Assembly: GCF_004010195.1 (NCBI RefSeq)
Contig: NC_057753.1
Span: 1,858,476-1,878,475, forward strand
DNA from: Chiloscyllium plagiosum
Lineage: Eukaryota
Reading direction: 5' to 3'
Length of the DNA stretch: 20,000 bases
This document shows, one piece after another, positions 11,210 to 20,000 of the stretch. The notes beneath the pieces were generated by a model. It did no database searches and was not told the origin of the DNA. It worked only from the letters and a program-made list of their open reading frames with translations. The stretch's first letter is position 1. Every line of letters starts with the position of its first letter. Made by a program: the position numbers and the translations under genes.

Positions 11210-11736
11210 TAGTACACCACGGAAACAGACCATCCAGTACAACTCGTCTATGCCGACCAGATAACCGCAATTAGTCTAGTTCCATTTGTCACCATTTGGC
11301 CTGTGACCCTAGAAACCCTTCGTATTCATGGCCCCATCGAGATACCTTTTACATTTTTTAACTGCGGCTGCCTTCTCTTGCTACATTTTCCATACTCCAC
11401 CATCCTCTGCGCAGAAAAAAGTTGCCCCTGCTGCCTTTTTAAATTTTTTCCTCTTTCACTCTCAACCCGTGCCCTATAGTTTTTGACTCGCCAACCCTGG
11501 GAAAGTACATTCGCTCGTTAGCCTCTTCATGCTCCAGATGATTCGACAAACTTCGATAAGTGCAACCCTGATTCTCCAATTTCCCGAAGTAAATTCTGGC
11601 CTTGCCTATCCAACCACGTAATGTAGCTCAAACTCCCCAAGCCCGCAGCGTCCTTGTAAGTCTTCTGTGAACCCTTTTACATTTAAGAAAATCTTCGTTA
11701 TAGCAGGTAGACCAGAATCAATTCCAAAAGTGGCCG
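11210..11736 (-). mobile_element. CR1 LINE 3' fragment
   Basis: Antisense CR1 3' UTR and ORF2 end: acggaaacagacc..catctatgccgacc-like, aaaaagttgcccct, ccaaccctgggaaa, agaccagaa..ttccaaaagtggcc. Confidence 0.75.
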
Positions 11737-12850
11737 ACTTGTTGATAACCAGACCACACTTAAAGAAGCAGAATGGAATTTTCCAGATCCTGATTCATGC
11801 ATTGCCAGATTGAAGCTATCTGCCTGGCTGTAACTATAGAAATTCGTCCTTTATATAAAAAGAAGTTATACGTTCGACTGAAATAAAAGACGAGTTCATG
11901 GCGGCTTGGAAAAATATTGCCAACAGGCTCCTTTCAAGCAGCTCAGTGCCAGCAAGTCGGGCAGAGAATAAGCGTGAAGATCGAGCTCCCTCAGTTCTGA
12001 AATGGAGGGAAATGAGGAATAAAGCCCCAAGAGATCTGGAGAAACTACAGATGAGTGTGGAGAATGTGGTAAAATTGATATAGGTCTCAAACACCAAATT
12101 AAATTCTGCTGACACATGTGTTTTCAGCTCCAGAATGTTTTCTTTCAGTGATAACTCCGAGGTCTCGGCTGCCATCCTTGCTCTACAGGAATCACAGTGC
12201 ATGCCAACTGTCTTGTTTACTGATCAGTATCTTTTTCTCTTCTGAATAATCCACAAACAAAAAAGAAAAACTTCCAAACTTCTGGAAATGTTGAAATGGC
12301 TCCTTGTTCATCAGGGTATAACTCAAGAACAAACAGTGAACCCCAGTGGAACTGCTGAAATAATCCGACTCCCGCTGAAAAGATAACGGTTAATGAAGGC
12401 TCTTTCACGGTCTACCAATTTTATGTCAATGTTGATGCTTTCAATTTTATTTGCTTAACTGTACTGACGTGCTCACTATATCGCAGCATATCCATATCAC
12501 CATTCCATAAGAGTCATTGAACATTTTATTAATTCATTTCTCCATGTTTTTCACATCAATTATATTTGCATTACTAACATTGCGTTGTCTCAACAAAAAA
12601 TGTCATGGAAAATCTTCGGAGATGATTCTCCCTGAAAAAATCGATGCGATTTTCCTGAAATAACAAATGTTTGTCCTCGTGGATTTCCCTGTTAATCGAT
12701 AATAAATTTCCTAATACCAAGGGAAACTAACCAGCCTATGGTGTTACTGTTAAGCCTTCATTGACGGTTAGTGAAGATACAGTATTACTTTGCAGGAACT
12801 GTGATTAAAATGAGTGAAGTGATTAAATTACAATTACAAATCGTGGAAAT

Positions 12851-13211
12851 TTAGAATCCCTACAGTTTGGAAACAGGCCAGTTAATCGATCACATCCACA
12901 CCGACCCTCCAAAGAGCATCCAACTCAGACCTGCACCCCTATCCTTTCCCTGTAATCCTGCATTTCCCATGGCTAATCCATCCAGCCTACACATCACTTA
13001 TCACTCCGACAATTTAACATAGCCAATCTACCTAACTTCCACATCATTGGACAATGGGAGCAAACCAGATCACTCAGAAGATAAAACTCCAGGCAGAAAA
13101 AGGGAGAAATGCAAACCACACACAGACAGTCGCAGGAAGGTGAAGTCGAAATCGGCTGCCTGGTGCTGTGAGGCAGAGTTGTGGAACATTGAGTACTGTG
13201 CCAGCCCGTGC
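12851..13211 (-). mobile_element. HE1/V-SINE-like SINE
   Basis: tagaatccctacagtttggaaacaggcc..ccacaccgaccctcc tail, gggagaaatgcaaaccacacacagacagtcgc core and ctggtgctgtgaggcag tRNA head in antisense. Confidence 0.85.
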
Positions 13212-13369
13212 TAGTTAAATGGCAACCGATGAAGAATTCAGTAAGTAATTTCATTTCTCAAGATAGAAGCTGCCAATCAAAAATGTAGATCGATAAGTGA
13301 ATTAGTGATAAAGATCATTAGTCTGCTGTCGAACCTAAAAACATCGTGAATGTTTAAAAATTGAAATGT

Positions 13370-13735
13370 GAGCAGGAACTTTTGGAGACGCTCAATACCG
13401 TCCATAGATTCAGTCGAGACAGAATTTCGTTCACGATTCACGTTTAGCAGCAAGTGGAAGGCGTCAAGGAGTTGGCGCAAGGTAGAGGTGGCAAGATGAA
13501 CAAAAGGGAAAGTCTGCAATATGGTGGCTCGGTGGGGAAATTAAGTGACGAAAAGTGAAATGAATGGGAGAGGTCAAGATGCAAAAGATGTGTCAGCAGC
13601 AGATGTGATACAAACTTTGAAAGTAAAGAAAATCATACAAAAAAAACACAAAACAAAGTCAGAGAGAAAGACCAAATGAAATGGGATACAAATCAAATCA
13701 CACAATTCTTGAACTTGATGTCTCAATGTTGACTA
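13370..13735 (-). mobile_element. Very decayed repeat, probably a Penelope-like 3' region
   Basis: Begins with a sequence loosely similar to the 10381 element, followed by a purine-rich tract (aacaaaagggaaagtctg...) like antisense shark PLE 3' ends. Recognition only. Confidence 0.35.
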
Positions 13736-14872
13736 TTGCATCCTTTTACTCCACAGTTCAGAACAGACCAGCTAACTTTAAGTAATCCGTGTCCAGGAGT
13801 ACAGCTCAGGTCAGTAGGTCATTCAACACCACTTTCCTCCCTGCCTCGCCAGAGACTGGTATTACACTGTCCCACTTCTGGACAGAGCTGGGGAAAGAAT
13901 CAGGAACATGTTACCTAGCAGCTTGTAACTTTTCACTCTTCCTGTCGTGGATGTCAGATAAATCAGGGTAATATGTAACTTGGAAGTTATGGCTTTCACC
14001 TATACCTGCATTGTTTATATGTAGCGGGGTTGAGCATTTGGGACCTCTTTCCAATTCTTAAGTCTTTCAAATCTGCCTCTCTCACCTCTCTATCTCCTTC
14101 CGTTGTTTGCAAGTGCTGACTGGTTCTGGCCCCTGAGTGACATTAGAGAATGAGTTTGGTTTATACTGGCAATCCAGCAGCTTTCACAGTCATTTTCTTC
14201 CTCACTGTGTCAGCTCCACGCGTTACCAGGTTCATTGCCTCGATTTTTGAATTGGCCTATGTGTTCATAGATTGTCACCAATTGTTTTCCGCTGCAATAA
14301 TCAGATTCACAGGAAATTAGGGGGTGGATTTGCTGTCAGGAAAACTGTTGCAAACATTGTGGCACAGATGAGTTACTGGCATGCTATTTGCTTCTTGACA
14401 GAAAATGTTAAAATGAAATTAAGAGAGCAGCGCAGAACCAGCATGTCCTGCAGCTAGAAAATTGTATTGTGGGATAATACAAACCACTTCCATGAAATTC
14501 GGAATCACTGAGAACATTGGGACGTTTGAAAATGTCTGATTTTTGTGCAGCTCTCAACTCCAGATTACCATAATCTTTTGACGTGAGAGTATATACAAGA
14601 GTGAGAGAGTGAGATAGTGAGACCAATCATAATTTTGTTTGCACCATCTTTTCCTTCTTGAATCATTTCTCGCTCTTTTAATTATGTGTTTTCTGAATAA
14701 GCATTGATGTATCTCAAGGGAATGCCGATCACTTTACATCAGGTAAAACATGAGATTTCAAAAGCACAGCCCAATCAAGATTTCATACGTGAATGAATAA
14801 AAAAGGAATGCATTGACATTAACTTTGAACTCAAATTATGTAATGTGATAATTTAGTCACAATATATTTAAT

Positions 14873-15786
14873 TTAATCACTCTTTAAATAATTTAAACAC
14901 GTGTGTTGGGGGAATTCCAACAATTTCTTTAATTGTTGTCTGAATTTCCTCTGAGTCCCTGCATAAATAAACGGATTAATGCAGGAACTCAAAAGCTGAA
15001 GCATAGTTCCTCCTTCCTCAAGAATAAAATTGGATTCAGTGTAATTTGAAACTGAGAAATAAATCACATTTGCAATTTGAACACAGAAAAAAGTCATTAG
15101 AACCAATAAATATGACAGGAGGAAACTGCCGGAGATCGCAAAGAGTAAAACTATGGACTTCCTCCGTTTTTCCAACTCTGGATCATTCTGATTCTCTCTA
15201 TTAATCCTGATCCGAAGTCTTCTGCGGGCTTGACTGGCCAATATAATGTGCCTGACAGTGAGAGCATTGAGCAACACAATCAGAACGAATGGAAGGCAAG
15301 GGTTTAAAATTACTGTTATCCAGTCAAATGCTACCCAACTGGGTGAGGTATAGTATATTGGTTTGAGGTTGCAATACCAAGGCACGTTGTTAATGATAAA
15401 GGAAGGTTCATATCCAAAGTACAAGGGGACCTTTATGATACAGCTTAGAGTGCAGATAGTTATTATAACCACAGCTGCTACTCTGTTGGTGCAATATTCT
15501 ATTTTCAGCTTCTGGCAACAAATGGCAATGAATCGATCAAAAGTGAAAGCGACAGTTACCCAAACGGAAGAATCTCTGACTGCATAAATTAATGCAAGTC
15601 TCACACTGCAGACTGGAGTGATGGAGAGAAATGTCATTGGGAAATAAACACCCACAATCCGGTTTAATATCACAGCTGTGATAATGACCAGTAGATCCGT
15701 CACCGCCATGGAAATCAGGTAATGCGTGATGCATTTTGAAAGACCACAACTTTCCCGTGAGAGGATAAGAACAACTGAAAGGTTAG
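14873..15786 (-). CDS. Exon 2 of a class A orphan GPCR, GPR139/GPR142-like
   Basis: Open frame with 7TM motifs: N1.50 (ANL), MAVTDLL (TM2), C in TPVCS, FDRFIAIC (DRY-like), ECL2 WYC, LNPCLPF (TM5), KSIVLLFAISGSF (TM6), CINPFIY (NPxxY). Acceptor tgtgttcttcatAG|CTAAC at 15787/15786; TAA stop at 14875-14873. Confidence 0.93.
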
Positions 15787-16127
15787 CTATGAAGAACACA
15801 CATAAGAGTGAAAATGTGATAGCTACGAACGCAGCCAAAAAAGACAAAAACAGACATGCAATGACACTGAAATTTCGAGATGAAATTACAAACAAGGAAC
15901 AGAATCCACATTTTGCAATGTAATTATATCCATTCAGCTGCAGGAAAAATACACCTCTAATTGCTTGTGAAGTTTCAGTATTATGTAATAATGACAGTAA
16001 GGATATTTCTCAGTTTTACAGACAGCAATAATCGTCTTTCTTTGCGACTGACTTGCAGGAAATGCATTCTATTCTGCTCTTGGACAATGTGTACAGAGGA
16101 ACAGAAGCAAAAGTAGCCTTAAACATT

Positions 16128-16434
16128 GGGAAATGGAAGAAGGTGAGGAAAGAAATATTTAGGAAATACTGGAGGGGCAACGTCTTCATGCAGAGAGTGT
16201 TGCATAAAAGAAATGGGCTGCCATAAAACGTGCTTGAATCGGATACAACAACCAGATTTAAGAATCATTTGTTGCATGATTCGGAAGGGTTAAGAGATAT
16301 ATGGACGAAACAAGAGCAATTGTTATTCCACACACCTTGCATTTACAGACTAGGTGTCTGGGAGACATGTCAACTTGGAACTGATCGGGCCGAAGGGCCT
16401 GTTTCCATACTTTTTGCACTGTACTCTATGACTC
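16128..16434 (+). mobile_element. CR1 3' fragment within the GPCR intron (antisense to the gene)
   Basis: gaggggcaacgtcttcatgcagagagtg..gggctgcca.., FKNHL, and the terminal gggccgaagggcctgtttcc...ctctatgactc. Confidence 0.8.
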
Positions 16435-17274
16435 GAAAGAGTAATATTTTATGAACAAAGGAAATAATGAAAAGGAAGCAGACGAGATTGAACGGAAAGC
16501 ACTCCTGAGAGCTTTACATTCAAGGAGGCATTTAGGAAGCAATCACTGTAAAGAAATTAAAACTCACCTCTGAACTGAAAAAAAGATCTGGGATTGCACC
16601 TGATAATTAATTTAAGCTAAAGCAACAAAGTGTTGTGACCGACAACAAAGCAACAGAATGGTTGAAGTCCAGTTATTGCTCTGTTGGTAACGTTCTCTCC
16701 TTTAATGATTTTGGCTTCACATCGTACTGCAAGATTTCAGTACTGACTGAGTACTGCATGGCCCAGAATTTTGCAGTTGTGCCAGCCAATAAATGCAAGG
16801 TGTGTGGAATAAAAGTCGAACAAAAAATTTAACTGAGTTATCAAGAAGCTCCTGTTAATGTTCCAGTGCAAGCAAAAAGTAGGACACCATGGTAAAATTG
16901 CAGTACATCAGCTGCTGTGCAGGGACAAATGGTAATACATTTGCAGCATGATAATTAATTGACGGTTATGGTGTTCAAAACACAACGGAAACGCTATTAA
17001 TTTGTTATCCCAGTGAGATAATTCACGTGCAGGAATGCCTTTCGGAACACAACAGGACAATCTTCTGACTTCTGGTGATAACAATAAACGAGAAAAACGG
17101 CGAAGAAATGACACTATTCAAGGAAAAAACAGTGTACTAACAATTTATAAGGGTAACTGACAGTGTTAAAGTGGACGAAAAAGATAGAAATTAATTGAAA
17201 ACATTTTGTGGTAAAATGCAACATCAATACCCTAAAAATGAAGATGAGGCATTTTCACCAAACTCCAGTACTTG

Positions 17275-17463
17275 CCGTACTCTGACTGAACAATAGGGCT
17301 GCATTCTTATTAGAGTGAGTCCAATCGTGATGGTTTCACCTGACTGTAACCTGTGCTTAAGGTGACATGAAAGCTTAAGAAGGAGAGTCCTTCATGGTAA
17401 CCTCAACCGGTGCTGAAATATAAACATAAATCTGCCACCAAGCCAACTAAGCTAACTGATCCC
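17275..17463 (-). mobile_element. tRNA-derived SINE fragment in the intron
   Basis: Minus strand begins gggatcagtTAGCTTAGTTGG (A-box-like), then gcaccggttgaggttaccatgaaggactctccttct, which I recognise as a shark SINE body. The B-box region is degraded. Confidence 0.55.
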
Positions 17464-17652
17464 TTCAACATTTTGGACCACATATAGACAATTCCATTGA
17501 ATTAGATAGGTTTCTGGATTTAATACAAAACAAAACTAAGAGTACATTGGGACTGCAGCGTTGATAACTGAAAGAAGGAGCAAACTGTGATGAGCAAATT
17601 TAAAAAGGTATTAAAACATATTCCTATTTAATAAGTAATGAATATCCTTTAC

Positions 17653-17722
17653 CTGGAATCCCAATAACTGCTACGATTGGGTAGTAAATAGCAAACACGA
17701 GCCCTTTTGGTAATCCGTGCAT
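17653..17722 (-). CDS. Coding exon 1 of the GPR139/142-like GPCR (MHGLPKGLVFAIYYPIVAVIGIP+G)
   Basis: ATG at 17722-17720, 23 codons + 1 nt, then a GTAAAG donor. It supplies the first half of TM1 (IYYP..A.IGIP-AN). Total CDS is 70+914 = 984 nt = 327 aa + stop. Confidence 0.9.
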
Positions 17723-19035
17723 TTCTGCGATTGCATTTGGCACTTCAGTGGATGACAGTCACATTTGTACCTGATGCCAGGCTCCAGGGACATAATTACA
17801 TGCCTTGGGCTTTTGCAATAATAACATTACTTGAAGCAATCAGATCGAAGGAAGTTCTTCGCGACGTGGCTTCAATTTGGATGGAGTAGAATTTTATTCA
17901 AGGGCACTGGCACTATTGCAAAGTGAAATGCTAACAAGATGTAGCCTTTTGGATTTTTAAAACCAAATGAAAAATAAAGCAGGCTGATGCAACTGTGCAC
18001 AAAGAAGTCTTGACTGAAGTGGCCTTGTCTGTGAATAAAATATTTCTGGTCTGAGGTATCGTGTTTACTTGGTATATTCGCCATTTTTCCTCTCCCGGCC
18101 ATTATTGAGTCCTTTTCATAACCTATTATGTTCAGTTCTGTCTGAGGCTCTGTAACAACTTTAGTGCAACTGTCTAACGATGGATTATAGGCAAGTTCAT
18201 TATATTTCATGCTACATTCACAGCACCAGTTTATTTTTATGATTGCTTCAAGGGCTGTCTTGACCACGTGAGACCATTATACTATATTCTGAAACTTCAA
18301 GCGCATATTTGATTCAAGTAAATTCAACGCATGCAACTACAATTCAGCAGCTAAAATCGAATAGATATTTATTACTTTCTGCCTAAGCATTTAGATTGGA
18401 TAAAGCCTGTTCAGCATAAACTGGACGAGTATATTCGATTGCGTTCTGTCGTCACAGGGCCAGGTCAACATTGTTATCTTCAGTATGGAGTTGCGTGGGT
18501 CAGAATGGGATTTAATCCAATCTTTTAACAGACGGGGACTTGTTCAGTTTTACAAGGTACTATTAAGTGTAGACAGGTGCATTCAGTACTCTCCGATTAT
18601 AAAAAGGACAGAGCCATGTCGTTCGCAGGGCCATTTATTCATGGAAGAATTGTGCAAATAAGCCAATTCATCTCACTGTAGTTAGAATTCTATCAATTAG
18701 CTACTGTAATTGTGAAACTGTTCAAGGGAATTTGGTGATCGATACAGTGAAAGTAACTAGTTGTGAACCTTTACATGCAGTGTTGAAAATTGCTGTTAAG
18801 TTCAGCATGGATACATTCAGCGTACAAAAGATCAATTGAGGGCATTTGCCGTCATTATGCCAGATTCATATCCGCGGCATGAACTTTGGCTTTTAACCAA
18901 GACTGTAACCACATTCAGGAACATGCGAGCACACTCAGTTTCGATCGTTAAGGCCGAATGGGAAAATTTGGCAATGTTGCATTTCCAGCATTTACAAGAT
19001 ATCATCAAAAAAGAAGTTGTTGTCCGAGTACAACT

Positions 19036-20000
19036 TGGAGTGCGAGCAGCAGCTAAGGTAAGACAGTTTGTTTTAAAATTACTTACCGGTAGCGGCCAGC
19101 GGTGTATTTTTTCTCTTCACAGAAAGAGCGGGAGCAGCAGGGGGAAGTGATGAAGACCAGAGCGGCAGCGGGTAGGTTTTTTTTCCCTTTAAAAGCGCGC
19201 AGGAGAAGAATCCGAGGCACTACAGAGGAAGTGTCTCCCACCCGTCCTCCTCCTCTAACCTAGATAATAAGACCCGTTGTGGTAAGTAGGTAAGTGCTGC
19301 ATTTTGCTTGTTGTATTCTTTACACCCAGTTTTTTTTTAAAAAAAGGTTACTTTCAGAGGGATGGCAGTGAAGGCAGTGCAATGTTCCTCTTGCAACATG
19401 TTTGAGGTGAGGGATGCCATGGACGTCCCTGCTGATTACACTTGCAGGAAGTGCACCCATCCCCAGCTCCTCCAAGACCGTGTTAGGGAACTGGAGCTGG
19501 AGTTGAATGAACTTACGATCATTCGGGAGGCAGAGGGGGTCATAGATTGGAGCTTTAGGGAAGTAGTAACTCCAAAGATGACAGATAGATGGGTGACAGT
19601 GAGGGGGACTGGGAGGAAGCAGCCAGTGCAGGGACCCCCTGCGGCCGTTCCCCTCAAGAACAAGTATACCGTTTTGGATACTTGTGGGGGGGGACGACTT
19701 ACCAGGGGCAAGTAACGGGGCTCAGGCCTCTGGCACGGAGCCTGTCCCCATTACTCAGAAGGGAAGGGTGGAGAAGAGCAGAGCAATAGTAATTGGGGAC
19801 TCGATTGTTCGGGGCACAGATAGGCGGGTTTGTGGGAACGAGAGAGACTTACGTTTGGTATGTTGCCTCCCAGGTGCAAGCGTACGTGATATCTCTGATC
19901 GTGTTTTCCGGGTCCTTAAGGGGAAGGGGGAGCATCCCGAAGTCGTGGTCCACATTGGCACCAACGACATAGGTAGGAAGACGGATGAGGATGTTAGGCA
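19036..20000 (+). mobile_element. Young CR1-type LINE, 5' UTR and ORF1 (continues beyond the window)
   Basis: GC/CpG-richer 5' UTR followed by a CR1-type ORF1. The 5' boundary is approximate. Confidence 0.88.
19362..20000 (+). CDS. CR1 ORF1p: C4 zinc finger, coiled coil, SGNH esterase; one frameshift in the G8 run at 19686-19693; truncated by the window end
   Basis: CSSC..CRKC, then LQDRVRELELELNEL, WVTV and VPLKNKY.VL. After removing one G the frame stays open: DDLPG...AIVIGDSIVRG...CCLPGASV.D...VVVHIGTNDIG (SGNH blocks I-III). Confidence 0.85.

Larger units (their letters stand above)
15787..17652 (-). other. GPCR intron, 1866 bp, phase 1, GT-AG
   Basis: Donor CCAG|GTAAAG and acceptor ttcttcatAG|. 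Joining gives G+CT = Ala in frame. The intron contains CR1 and SINE fragments. Confidence 0.88.

Noticed and set aside
14110..14340. Possible further SINE remnant similar to 6482-6775
   Set aside because: Only a short patch of similarity (gacattagagaa...caatccagcagctttca); too weak to annotate.
15787..15895. Hydrophobic N-terminal 36 aa of the 340-aa ORF as TM1 or signal peptide
   Set aside because: Non-ATG start and T-rich intron/polypyrimidine sequence; the upstream exon gives a much better TM1.
18836..19150. 104-aa ORF upstream of CR1 ORF1 as a uORF or extra gene
   Set aside because: TTG start, straddles the probable insertion boundary, and has no motif.
1..20000. Prokaryotic RT-based systems (retron, DGR, group II intron) or CRISPR array
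   Set aside because: The RT remnants are eukaryotic PLE/CR1 types, the DNA has spliceosomal introns and SINEs, and there is no regularly spaced repeat array.

Overview
Eukaryotic, AT-rich, repeat-dense vertebrate DNA. The repeat set (HE1/V-SINE-like SINEs, CR1 LINEs, Penelope-like elements) and the GPCR type point to a cartilaginous fish, probably a shark (inference). There is one convincing host gene: an intact two-exon class A GPCR of the GPR139/GPR142-like type on the minus strand. Its coding exon 1 (17722-17653) is missed by the ORF track; exon 2 is 15786-14873; the product is 327 aa. The rest is mostly transposon-derived: a decayed Penelope-like element (RT + GIY-YIG) with an inverted copy of its 3' repeat, both copies carrying minimal hammerhead ribozyme motifs; many CR1 fragments; several tRNA-derived SINEs; a recent 241-bp local duplication; and the 5' end of a young CR1 (zinc finger/coiled-coil/SGNH esterase ORF1) whose 5' UTR is dense in splice signals. 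I see no prokaryotic system or CRISPR array, and nothing I can claim as a new system. The best leads are the CR1 5' UTR splice sites, the orphan GPCR and the hammerheads. Repeat family names come from recognition, not database searches.
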